Below, piece after piece: positions 9,791 to 17,794 of a stretch of DNA of 32,000 nucleotides. Each line of letters begins with the position of its first letter. Position 1 is the first letter of the stretch. The translations under genes and the position numbers were made by a program. The stretch is from NCBI RefSeq assembly GCF_000196355.1, contig NC_007614.1, positions 2,910,001 to 2,942,000 of the forward strand, in the 5' to 3' direction. The stretch is from Nitrosospira multiformis ATCC 25196. GTDB lineage: Bacteria > Pseudomonadota > Gammaproteobacteria > Burkholderiales > Nitrosomonadaceae. The notes under the pieces were generated by a model. It did not search any database. It was not told the origin of the DNA and saw only the letters and a program-made list of their open reading frames with translations.

Positions 9791-10204
9791 TTATTTCTTC
9801 ATCTGCCCATGGGGCGCTGCCGTTCCGCCACCGGACTTGCTTTTTGCAAAGCTGTCCGCTTCCGCCGGATCGACGGCTCCATCCTTGTTCGCGTCAATCT
9901 TGTCGAAGATGCCTTCGTGATGCTTGATAAATTCTTCCTTGGTCACTTTATTGTCTTTGTTCTTGTCCGCCAGCGACATGCCGCAATTTCCTTCCGCCGC
10001 TTTTGCGCCTGCCCCATATTTACTGGGGTCCACCCGGTCGGCATAAGCCACTATATAACGCTCGTTTAACGACTCCATGACGAAAGGATTGCTTGCCTTG
10101 CTGTCCGCCTCACTGTCGCCCGCGAAAACAATGGGAGAGGCGCCGAGGCCGGTAGCAAGGACCGACCCTATGACGATGGAAATCTTGGATTTTTTGTCTT
10201 GCAC
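9791..10204 (-). CDS. Secreted EF-hand protein; candidate MNIO substrate (HvfA/bufferin-like precursor)
   Basis: 137 aa with a GTG start. An aaggag SD ends 8 nt upstream of the start. Sec signal MQDKKSKISIVIGSVLATGLGASPIVFA|GD. The single Cys (C74) lies in AAEGNCGMS. Two canonical EF-hand loops are DKNKDNKVTKEE and DANKDGAVDPAE, and the His/Met-containing tail is GGGTAAPHGQMKK. The gene ends 6 nt before the DUF692 start. Confidence 0.75.
   Translation of the reverse strand: MQDKKSKISIVIGSVLATGLGASPIVFAGDSEADSKASNPFVMESLNERYIVAYADRVDPSKYGAGAKAAEGNCGMSLADKNKDNKVTKEEFIKHHEGIFDKIDANKDGAVDPAEADSFAKSKSGGGTAAPHGQMKK
9860..9967 (-). other. Pair of EF-hand Ca-binding loops (residues 80-91 and 104-115)
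   Basis: Both loops fit D-x-[DN]-x-D-[GN]-x-[IV]-x-x-x-E, and the inter-loop helix is FIKHHEGIFDKI. Confidence 0.65.
9974..9994 (-). other. EGNCGMS motif; predicted MNIO modification site (Cys74 codon at 9985-9983)
   Basis: Reverse strand reads gaa gga aat tgc ggc atg tcg. It resembles the EGKCG core of the HvfA / bufferin-2 class. Confidence 0.5.
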
Positions 10205-10248
10205 AGTTGGTTCTCCTTGAATCTGGAAAAAATATTATGTCACAGTTT

Positions 10249-10282
10249 GGCAGGAACGGGAGCCGATTCCTCTGATCCTGCC
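10249..10282. promoter_or_regulatory. Inverted repeat upstream of the precursor gene (candidate operator)
   Basis: ggcagga (10249-10255) and tcctgcc (10276-10282) are separated by 20 bp, with an inner ggaa...ttcc pair. It lies 45-80 bp upstream of the GTG start and next to a cataat -10-like hexamer (minus strand, 10239-10234). Confidence 0.3.
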
Positions 10283-10366
10283 GCGCATCGGGAACAAAGA
10301 ACTCCCCCGGAGAGACTTGCAGCAAAATAATGTATTTATTTCTTGCGGGGGTATTCAAGGACTAAA

Positions 10367-10381
10367 AATTCTGCAAGAATT
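10367..10381. promoter_or_regulatory. Perfect 15-bp palindrome aattct-gca-agaatt in the divergent intergenic region
   Basis: Read directly from the sequence. The surroundings are AT-rich. No regulator can be assigned. Confidence 0.25.
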
Positions 10382-10553
10382 CGTGTGCCCCATATGCCCC
10401 CTATATGTCCACAGGGAGTTGAATGTGAAGAGGCTGCGGTTTTGTCATGCACAGGAGGATGAGAACCTCATTCCTAAGCTAAATTGTGGGATTTCCATTC
10501 CTGGCCAGAACCTTGAGGCTTCTGCCAACCGTCTTGCTCTCGGAGCGCATCAA

Positions 10554-10582
10554 CTGAACCGGAGATGAGTTATCTGTATAAT
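10554..10582 (+). promoter_or_regulatory. Candidate sigma70 promoter of dksA
   Basis: Perfect TATAAT at 10577-10582, with a weak -35 ctgaac at 10554-10559 (17-bp spacer). It sits about 65 nt upstream of the dksA ATG. Confidence 0.35.
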
Positions 10583-10646
10583 GGGTTGTTTTTAATAGCA
10601 GTTGCATTGTTACACGTCACCCAGCAATGGAAAGGAAATACTGACT

Positions 10647-11069
10647 ATGCCGCAAGAAATGTATAAACAAGCCACTCCCTACATACCCTCGAAGGGAGAA
10701 AGTTACATGAGTGCCAAGCAGCTTATGCATTTCCGCAATATTCTGGAAGGCATCAAGTTTGAATTGGGACAGGATATCGATCGCACGGTTCACACTATGC
10801 AGGATGAAGCCACCATATTTGCTGATCCTAACGACCGCGCCAGCCAGGAGTCGGATATGGCTCTTGAATTAAGAAATCGTGACCGCGAACGTAAGCTGAT
10901 CAAAAAGATAGAGGAAACGATTGCAAAAATAGATACTGGAGATTACGGCTATTGCGAAAGCTGCGGGGTGGAAATCGGTTTAAAGCGCCTTGAAGCCCGT
11001 CCCACCGCTACACTCTGCATCGACTGCAAGACCTTGGATGAAATAAGGGAAAAGCAAGTCGCGAAATAA
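10647..11069 (+). CDS. dksA: RNA polymerase-binding transcription factor DksA
   Basis: MPQEMYKQ...[14 protein letters not shown]..., a coiled-coil with an acidic tip, and the C4 zinc finger [28 protein letters not shown] 10647 follows a ggaaaggaaa SD-like stretch. The ORF-track start at 10602 is a TTG extension. Confidence 0.93.
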   Translation: MPQEMYKQATPYIPSKGESYMSAKQLMHFRNILEGIKFELGQDIDRTVHTMQDEATIFADPNDRASQESDMALELRNRDRERKLIKKIEETIAKIDTGDYGYCESCGVEIGLKRLEARPTATLCIDCKTLDEIREKQVAK

Positions 11070-11122
11070 ACACCTGCCTGCTTTTCACCAGTTCTACAGA
11101 TAACGAAGTTCTTCATTGCCGT

Positions 11123-11164
11123 CCCGGAATAAAAGCCCTATCGAGAGGAGTCTTTTATTCCGGG
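11123..11164 (+). terminator. Strong hairpin downstream of dksA (13-bp stem); likely terminator or bidirectional barrier
   Basis: cccggaataaaag (11123-11135) pairs perfectly with cttttattccggg (11152-11164). The loop is 16 nt. There is no clean trailing U-run. Confidence 0.5.
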
Positions 11165-11254
11165 GAGACAGCTAAGCAGCTAACTGGGCTCGCTTCAAAA
11201 AAACCGGAAGATACAGGAGAAAAGGCCGGGATAAGAGGGCGAGGAACCGCACAG

Positions 11255-11307
11255 AAAAAAATGGCGGCACTGCTCTTTGTGGAAAATACTTCTCTCTGTT
11301 CCGCCAT
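11255..11307 (-). terminator. Candidate intrinsic terminator of pnp
   Basis: On the minus strand atggcgg (11307-11301) pairs with ccgccat (11267-11261), followed by TTTTTTT (11261-11255). The loop is long (33 nt) with possible inner pairing. The hairpin begins at the stop codon. Confidence 0.5.
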
Positions 11308-13412
11308 CAGGTGGCGGCGTTGTCCGCCACGTCGGTGGCAACCGCTTTCATGCTGAGACGCAACCTTCCCTTGTCATCAGCTTCCAGGACCTTCACCCGA
11401 ACTACCTGCCCTTCCTTGAGGTGATCGCCGACATTGTTGACGCGCTCATTGGCGATTTGCGAGATATGCAACAGGCCGTCCTTGCCGGGCAGAACGCTGA
11501 CGATGGCGCCAAAATCCAGAAGCTTCAGTACCGTTCCGTCATATACCCGTCCCACTTCAACTTCAGCCGTGATGTCCTCGATACGTTTTTTCGCCAGCTC
11601 ACCGCCCTCCGCGTTGACACATGCAATCATGACAGTGCCATCGTCCGTAATATCAATGGTGGTGCCTGTCTCTTCGGTAAGCGCACGGATCACTGCGCCC
11701 CCTTTCCCTATGACGTCACGTATTTTCTCGGGATTGATTCTGATCTTGATGATACGGGGGGCATGTTCCGAGATATCCTCGCGCCGGGCCGGCAACACCT
11801 GCCTCATGATGGCGAGAATATGCATACGTCCTTCCCTTGCCTGTACCAGGGCAGCATGCAGGATCTCCTTGGTGATCCCTTGAATCTTGATATCCATCTG
11901 CAGGGCGGTAATGCCATTTTCGGTACCCGCCACCTTGAAATCCATGTCGCCCAGGTGATCTTCGTCGCCCAGAATATCGGTGAGCACGGCAAACCGGTTG
12001 CCTTCCTTGATGAGCCCCATGGCAATACCCGCCACGTGCCCCTTCAGGGGTACACCGGCATCCATCAATGCCAGGCAGCCGCCGCAAACGGACGCCATGG
12101 AACTGGAGCCATTGGACTCGGTAATTTCAGAAACCACGCGAAGCGAATAACCAAACTCTTCCGGAGAAGGCAGAACTGCAACCAGGGCTCGCTTTGCCAG
12201 CCGTCCGTGGCCGATTTCACGACGCTTGGGGGTTCCAACTCGTCCCGTCTCTCCCGTCGCATAGGGAGGCATGTTGTAGTGAAGCATGAAACGCTCGGAG
12301 TAATCTCCCTGGAGAGCATCGATTTTCTGCTCATCGCGACCGGTTCCCAGCGTTGCAACTACCAGCGCCTGAGTTTCCCCGCGGGTAAATAATGCTGAAC
12401 CGTGGGTCCGCGGCAGGAGCCCGGTCCGGATCGTTATTGGCCGGACGGTGCGGGTATCGCGTCCATCGATGCGCGGTTCGCCGTCCAGAATCTGCGAGCG
12501 CACGATTCTCGATTCCAGCGCAAAACAGGCCTCCTTCACCGCCTGGGCGTCAGGACCCTCCCCGTCCTCGACGCCGAGTTCGGTAAAGACTCTTGTCCAG
12601 ATGTTGTCTATGGTCTCGGACCTGACCTGCTTCTGCTTCTGGCGGAAAGCGGCACGCAAATCATTCTCCGCCAGTTCGGCAATTTTAACGGCCAGCGCAG
12701 GGTCTCTTGCAGGCGGCTCCCAATCCCATGCGGTCACACCCGCCTCATCCGCCAGTTCATTGATCGCATCGATGGCAACCTGCATTTGCTGATGACCATA
12801 AACGATGGCCCCCAGCATGACATCCTCCGACAGCTCCATCGCATCGGATTCCACCATCAGCACAGCCTGCCGCGTGCCGGCCACGACCAGATTCAGCTGT
12901 GTCTGCTTCAGCGCGCTGGTATCGGGATTCAATACATATTCGCCATTGATGTAGCCAATCCGCGCGGCGCCGATAGGCCCATTGAACGGAATGCCCGAGA
13001 GCACCAGCGCGGCAGATGCGCCCAGCATGGCGGGAATATCGGCATCTACTTCGTTATCGGAAGACAGGACGGTGGCTACCACCTGCACTTCGTTGTAGAA
13101 ATTTTCAGGAAAAAGGGGACGGATCGGGCGATCGATCAGACGGGAGGTAAGAATTTCCTTTTCGGAGGGACGGCCTTCACGTTTGAAAAAACTACCGGGT
13201 ATCCGGCCAGCCGCGTAGCTCCTTTCCTGATAGTCCACCGTCAGGGGAAAGAAATCCTGCCCCTGCTTGGCGCTTTTTGCACCTACCACGGTAACCAGGA
13301 CGACGGTATCGCCCATGCTGACCATAATGGCGGCATGGGCTTGTCTTGCTATTTCTCCGGTTTCGAATGTTAGTTGATGAGACCCGTACGTAACGCTTTT
13401 CTTGATTTTCAA
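11307..13412 (-). CDS. pnp: Polyribonucleotide nucleotidyltransferase (PNPase)
   Basis: 701 aa with two RNase PH domains, a KH domain ([16 protein letters not shown]) and an S1 domain ([33 protein letters not shown]). TTG start at 13412, as in E. coli pnp. Confidence 0.97.
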   Translation of the reverse strand: MKIKKSVTYGSHQLTFETGEIARQAHAAIMVSMGDTVVLVTVVGAKSAKQGQDFFPLTVDYQERSYAAGRIPGSFFKREGRPSEKEILTSRLIDRPIRPLFPENFYNEVQVVATVLSSDNEVDADIPAMLGASAALVLSGIPFNGPIGAARIGYINGEYVLNPDTSALKQTQLNLVVAGTRQAVLMVESDAMELSEDVMLGAIVYGHQQMQVAIDAINELADEAGVTAWDWEPPARDPALAVKIAELAENDLRAAFRQKQKQVRSETIDNIWTRVFTELGVEDGEGPDAQAVKEACFALESRIVRSQILDGEPRIDGRDTRTVRPITIRTGLLPRTHGSALFTRGETQALVVATLGTGRDEQKIDALQGDYSERFMLHYNMPPYATGETGRVGTPKRREIGHGRLAKRALVAVLPSPEEFGYSLRVVSEITESNGSSSMASVCGGCLALMDAGVPLKGHVAGIAMGLIKEGNRFAVLTDILGDEDHLGDMDFKVAGTENGITALQMDIKIQGITKEILHAALVQAREGRMHILAIMRQVLPARREDISEHAPRIIKIRINPEKIRDVIGKGGAVIRALTEETGTTIDITDDGTVMIACVNAEGGELAKKRIEDITAEVEVGRVYDGTVLKLLDFGAIVSVLPGKDGLLHISQIANERVNNVGDHLKEGQVVRVKVLEADDKGRLRLSMKAVATDVADNAAT

Positions 13413-13440
13413 TTAACTGCCCTTTTTGATTAAATCATTC

Positions 13441-13480
13441 CGGTTGCGCTCCAAGCACCATAGCCGCGGTCGCGCAACCG
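13441..13480 (-). promoter_or_regulatory. Stable hairpin in the rpsO-pnp intergenic leader
   Basis: cggttgcgc (13441-13449) pairs with gcgcaaccg (13472-13480). A second small hairpin, cggaa-gcca-ttccg, lies at 13488-13501. The position is analogous to the structured pnp leader and rpsO terminator region in E. coli. Confidence 0.45.
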
Positions 13481-13555
13481 ATACAAGCGGAAGCCATTCC
13501 GATGTTCAAGGAAGCAAGAGGTTATTCCGCTGCTATCTCAATCGGGGATTTACTT

Positions 13556-13825
13556 TTACTTGCGCAGGCCAAGCCGTTCTATCAGCGTCCGGTAGCTCTC
13601 CACACTGTTCTGCTTCAAATAATCGAGCAGCTTGCGCCGACGGCTTACCATCCGCAGCAAACCGCGGCGGGAGTGATGATCCTTGACATGCGTTTTGAAA
13701 TGATCGGCCAGATCGTTGATACGCGCGGTCAGTAACGCTACCTGCACTTCGGGAGAACCCGTGTCTCCTGCGGCCCGTTGATAATCGCGCACCACCTGTG
13801 CTTTTTGATCGGTTGTGACTGCCAT
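13556..13825 (-). CDS. rpsO: 30S ribosomal protein S15
   Basis: [17 protein letters not shown]...[52 protein letters not shown] 13825 is preceded by a ggagag SD. The ORF-track start at 13837 is 4 codons too long. Confidence 0.95.
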   Translation of the reverse strand: MAVTTDQKAQVVRDYQRAAGDTGSPEVQVALLTARINDLADHFKTHVKDHHSRRGLLRMVSRRRKLLDYLKQNSVESYRTLIERLGLRK

Positions 13826-13860
13826 GCTACTCTCCATTACGCCTGATGCGAAAGGGCGAC

Positions 13861-13890
13861 ATTTTACTCTTTAACAGGGTGAATTCTCAA
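13861..13890 (-). promoter_or_regulatory. Candidate sigma70 promoter of rpsO
   Basis: Minus strand: TTGAGA (13890-13885), an 18-bp spacer, then TAAAAT (13866-13861). It sits about 35 nt upstream of the rpsO ATG. Confidence 0.5.
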
Positions 13891-13965
13891 GACATTATTG
13901 GACTTCCAGTGCGCCGGCAGGCGTTACACATCCACTGCGGGAAGTTCATACGCTGATCACCCACC

Positions 13966-14739
13966 TCAAGAACGATCAGAGCCGATGGCTTGCCGCCTGG
14001 CGACATATCCACCAAGCGAGGGCGCGGGTGAATGAACGGCGCGCATTTCCGCATCGGCGTATCGTACTACGGTCGACAGGGTAGAGCGCGCGGCTCGCGC
14101 GTCCGATGCCAGCCGCAGGAGCGTGCCGAGAGTCAGCGCGCGCTTCAGCAACAGCCCCAGCAAGCGTCTCAGGTGAGGACTTCCGTCCGGTCGTACTGCC
14201 TCAAGCAGAACACGCGGGGGTGAGAAGTCGAGGGGATCTGAAATAGCGCGTACTACCATGAATGGCAATCCGGCATTCGTGGCAACTTCGGCGACTGCGC
14301 CGCTTTCCATATCTACTGCGTTCGCGCCGGTGGCTTCGGCCAGCTCGCGTTTTGCAGAAGTGGAGGTAAGCACCTTGCTGCTGGCAGCCAGGATTCCACC
14401 TGCCACATTCAGCTGATCGGGCAGGCATCCCAGCAGACGGGCGCGCCAATTCAAATCAACCGGCAGGAGACAACCGCCCGTATGGATCGACTCTGGCAGC
14501 ACCAACGCTCCCGAGTTCAGGCCTGCATGCAATGCGCCCGCAAAGCCGAAACTCATCAGTGCAGCAGCTCCTGCATTCTTCAGTCCGGTTGCGGCTGCAC
14601 CGGCCGCCTCTGCCCCCACTCCACACAGCCAGACGGCAGCGCCATTCCCGAGATCTGTCCTTTGATTGAAGGAGAGGCGCAATGGCGTTATGCAACCCGC
14701 CTCCATCCGCATGGCGACAATGATGCCGACCGCCGTCAC
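13966..14739 (-). CDS. hpnG: Hopanoid-associated phosphorylase HpnG (nucleoside phosphorylase fold)
   Basis: PNP/MTAN-like blocks VGIIVAMRMEA, GFAGAL, AVDMESGAVAEVA. Directly follows shc. GTG 14739 overlaps the shc stop as GTGA, which suggests translational coupling. The alternative is the ORF-track ATG at 14784, which overlaps shc by 49 nt. Confidence 0.8.
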   Translation of the reverse strand: MTAVGIIVAMRMEAGCITPLRLSFNQRTDLGNGAAVWLCGVGAEAAGAAATGLKNAGAAALMSFGFAGALHAGLNSGALVLPESIHTGGCLLPVDLNWRARLLGCLPDQLNVAGGILAASSKVLTSTSAKRELAEATGANAVDMESGAVAEVATNAGLPFMVVRAISDPLDFSPPRVLLEAVRPDGSPHLRRLLGLLLKRALTLGTLLRLASDARAARSTLSTVVRYADAEMRAVHSPAPSLGGYVARRQAIGSDRS

Positions 14740-16697
14740 CCGGGGAACTTCCGGTTCAATGCATGAAATCGGGTCAATGCCCATACCGGGAAATATTTCG
14801 TATACCCGTAGTACTTGAGGTAGAAAACCCGCGGGAAGCCGGGAGCGGTAAACCAGGGCTCATGCCAGAGCCCGTCGCTGTCCTGTTCCCGCAAGAGGTA
14901 GGCAATTCCCCGGTGAACCTCATGACTTCGCCATTCGCCGGCTCCCATCAGTGCAAGCAGTGCCCATGCGGTATGAAAAGAAGTACTGGTATGAAACTGG
15001 CCTGCCTGCTGGGGGGAAAGATAGCTGTCGTTACTTTCTCCCCATCCGCCATCCTCCCGCTGCACGGATTTGAGCCAGTGCACCGCGCGTCGGATGGCAG
15101 GATGACCGGCATCTATCCCGGCCAGACGGAAGGCCTCCAGCACAGACCACGTTCCATAGATGTAATTGCTGCCCCAGCGGCCGAACCAGGCGCCACTGGC
15201 CTCCTGTTCATTGAAGAGGTATGCCAGACTCCGTTCCAGCGCCTGTTTATGCCTGGACTGGCCGTACAAGGCGAGAAAACCTGCACAGCGGGCGGAAACA
15301 TCACTGGTGGGAGGATCAAGGAGCGCCCCATGATCGGCAAACGGGATCTCGTTGAGATAGTAATACGTATTGTCGCTGTCGAAAGCCGCAAACCCCCCAT
15401 TGCTGGACTGCATCCCCGCCAGCCAGTCGGCGGCCCGGCTGATGCTTTCCTGATAAGCCTTAGGGTCGGCCTGGTACAGTGCCCACGCCACCGCAGCCGT
15501 GTCGTCGAGATCGGGATAGTGGGGATTTGCATACTGAAAAGCCCAGCCCCCGCCCGGTAATCCGGGATGATCTTCTTGCCAGTCCGCCGGCGCATCGAGC
15601 ACCTGACAGGGAACCAGCCAGTCGAGCGCTTTCCGGATGGGCTTCTGATCGACCTCCGTATCCTCCTGAAAGGCGAGACAGGTCAGGACGGTATCCCATA
15701 CTGGGGAAACACAGGGCTGGCACCAGGTACGCTCGCCTTCCTCCACCAGCAGCAGGCGCAGCGCCTTGCGGCATTGCTCCCGCGCGGGATGATCATATGG
15801 GTATCCAAGCAATGCCAGAGCTTCGCCGGCATTCACCATGGCAGGAAAGATCGCCCCCAGGCCTGAGTCGCCGTTCAGCCTTTCCACGATCCAGCTTTCC
15901 GCCCGCCGCAGCGCCAATCTGCGCACCCCTTGGGGTATGAAGGGTTCGAGCAGGGAGAGAGTGCGCTCGATCAGCAGAAACACGCGATTGAGCGCAGTAC
16001 GTACCGGAAAATAATTCCGCTCCTCCCCCGGAGGTACCGTAAACAATTCACGAATGGCGACTTTGCGCGGATTCGCCGCGCGCGCCTTCAGGCTGCACAG
16101 GATAGATAGCGGAACCATTACGGTCCGCGACCAGTATGCGACCTTGCTGGTATGGAATGGAAACCACTTGGGGAACAGTATGATTTCCACCGGCACAAAT
16201 GGCACGCCTCGCCAGGGAAGCTGGTCATACATGGCAAGCAGCAGGCGTGTAAATACATTTGCTCTCGCTGCGCCGCCATGTTTCAGAATTGCTGCACGCG
16301 CACGCACCATGTGGGGCGCGTCCGGGGAGTCCCCCACAATTTTCAGAGCATAATAGGCCTTGACCGAACAACTCAGATCGAATTCACCGCCGTAGTAGAG
16401 CGGCCAGCCTCCGTGCGCTACATCCTGTTTTTCACGAATAAAACGGGCAATCCTGACCTCCAGATCCAGGTCCACTTCATCCATGAAGTGCATCATCAGT
16501 ATATACTCGGCGGGAATCGTGCAATCGGCCTCCAATGGAAAGCACCAGTGGCCATCCTCCCTCTGCTGAGCCAGCAGCGCACCGCGTGCCGCTTCCAGTC
16601 CCGCTTTCAGCATTTTTTCGTCCATTGAGGGAGTATTGTTTGAGCCCGGGGATTGAGCTTGCAATGAAGTTCTCGCCATACCTCCGAATTTTTTCAT
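14736..16697 (-). CDS. shc: Squalene-hopene cyclase
   Basis: 653 aa. Catalytic DxDD in YPDLDDTAAV and repeated QW motifs (QREDGGWGE, QSSNGGFAAF, EQEASGAWFGRWG). The start is uncertain; Met7 at 16679 is an alternative. Confidence 0.95.
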   Translation of the reverse strand: MKKFGGMARTSLQAQSPGSNNTPSMDEKMLKAGLEAARGALLAQQREDGHWCFPLEADCTIPAEYILMMHFMDEVDLDLEVRIARFIREKQDVAHGGWPLYYGGEFDLSCSVKAYYALKIVGDSPDAPHMVRARAAILKHGGAARANVFTRLLLAMYDQLPWRGVPFVPVEIILFPKWFPFHTSKVAYWSRTVMVPLSILCSLKARAANPRKVAIRELFTVPPGEERNYFPVRTALNRVFLLIERTLSLLEPFIPQGVRRLALRRAESWIVERLNGDSGLGAIFPAMVNAGEALALLGYPYDHPAREQCRKALRLLLVEEGERTWCQPCVSPVWDTVLTCLAFQEDTEVDQKPIRKALDWLVPCQVLDAPADWQEDHPGLPGGGWAFQYANPHYPDLDDTAAVAWALYQADPKAYQESISRAADWLAGMQSSNGGFAAFDSDNTYYYLNEIPFADHGALLDPPTSDVSARCAGFLALYGQSRHKQALERSLAYLFNEQEASGAWFGRWGSNYIYGTWSVLEAFRLAGIDAGHPAIRRAVHWLKSVQREDGGWGESNDSYLSPQQAGQFHTSTSFHTAWALLALMGAGEWRSHEVHRGIAYLLREQDSDGLWHEPWFTAPGFPRVFYLKYYGYTKYFPVWALTRFHALNRKFPG

Positions 16698-16901
16698 GTA
16701 TTTTTACCTAGCGCCTCTTTAAAGTTTCAGGGAAGACCATATCGCAGGGGTGTGAGTGCAGCCATAAAAACTATTAAAAGCATGATTTTACTCGATTCTG
16801 CCTCGAAATCGGTACATCGTCGAGATTCATGCAAGGATGTTTATGGCAGATGCAGCGCCCGCTGGACAAGTGAAAGCAGCAGTTGAGATTTGATTAAAAT
16901 C

Positions 16902-17672
16902 TCATCGCAATGGCTCGGCCGCGGCCTCGTTCTGTACGGAATCCTCATCTGCGAATTCGTCCAGGCTTTCGGGCGGCGGGTCGCCATCATAGATCAAGTG
17001 CTTGCGCTGCTGTAAAAAACCTTCGCGAACGAAAAGATAGGGGTCCAGAGCGGCCTGGTCCCGAATACGCATGGGGCCGGACAATCGCGCCCGCCTGTCG
17101 ATGATACTTAAAACCGTGATTGGAGCTACCACCGCGCTGCTGGCAACAGTACCCGCATAAAACAAAAGGTTGCTGAAAACGCTCACAGGAATGCCGGGCG
17201 CATCCCGATAGCTGCTGGGGCCGATCAGAGGGACAAAAAGGTAGGAGCCGGTATCAACGCCCCAGACGCCGAGGGTCTGCCCGAAATCTTCATCATGCTG
17301 TGGCAACCCCATGGGCCCTGCCATGTCGAAGAGCCCGCCCAGGCCGATGGTCGAATTGACCGCAAAGCGAAGGGTGTCCTGGAATCCCTGCCGTACTTTA
17401 CCTTGCAGGAAAGCATTAAGAATAACATTGGGATATGCAAGGTTGTCGTAGAAATTGCCAATCGAACGCTGCAGGGGGTCGGGCACATGCTTTATATAAG
17501 CATCCGCAACCGGCGCCAGAACGGCGCGATCCACCTTGTCGGTAAAATTGTAAAACTGTCGATTGGCTCTTTCATTCGGATCGATCGTATCGATACTCGC
17601 ATCGTTCTTATGCAGCGCCGCGCAACCGGTAAACAGTGATATGCATGCCAACAACAGGAAGGAAGTTCGCAT
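16902..17672 (-). CDS. MlaA/VacJ family outer-membrane lipoprotein
   Basis: Lipobox MRTSFLLLACISLFTGC. Conserved VacJ blocks are DPNERANRQFYNFTDKVDRAVLAPVA, NLAYPNVILNAFLQGK, NSTIGLGGLFD and DFGQTLGVWG. ATG 17672 follows a ggtgg SD-like sequence. The ORF-track start at 17783 adds 37 residues. Confidence 0.85.
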   Translation of the reverse strand: MRTSFLLLACISLFTGCAALHKNDASIDTIDPNERANRQFYNFTDKVDRAVLAPVADAYIKHVPDPLQRSIGNFYDNLAYPNVILNAFLQGKVRQGFQDTLRFAVNSTIGLGGLFDMAGPMGLPQHDEDFGQTLGVWGVDTGSYLFVPLIGPSSYRDAPGIPVSVFSNLLFYAGTVASSAVVAPITVLSIIDRRARLSGPMRIRDQAALDPYLFVREGFLQQRKHLIYDGDPPPESLDEFADEDSVQNEAAAEPLR

Positions 17673-17794
17673 ATTTGCCACCATCCGTAAAGGGAAGGCT
17701 ATGTCCCTGTTAATCTGTCCCTCAGAATCAGAATCCGCATGGAAGGGGATGTCCACAAACCGCCACAGGTGCGAAGTATACAATTATTGCCGGA

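Noticed and set aside
10248-10264. Sigma54-like tggcaggaacgggagc motif
   Set aside because: The GG-to-GC spacing is one base off consensus. It is on the plus strand about 380 bp from dksA and points away from the MNIO operon.
10317-10568. 83-aa Cys-containing plus-strand ORF (CPICP, five Cys) between the MNIO operon and dksA
   Set aside because: It starts at TTG with no SD and has no internal Met. It spans AT-rich promoter DNA and the dksA promoter. It is tempting as a second precursor, but it is on the opposite strand from the enzymes and has no signal peptide.
11277-13373. Two long plus-strand ORFs (371 aa and 323 aa) opposite pnp
   Set aside because: They lie antisense to an unmistakable PNPase gene. 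Their translations are low-complexity and Arg/Gly/His-rich with no recognisable motifs, which is the typical shadow-ORF pattern in GC-rich coding DNA.
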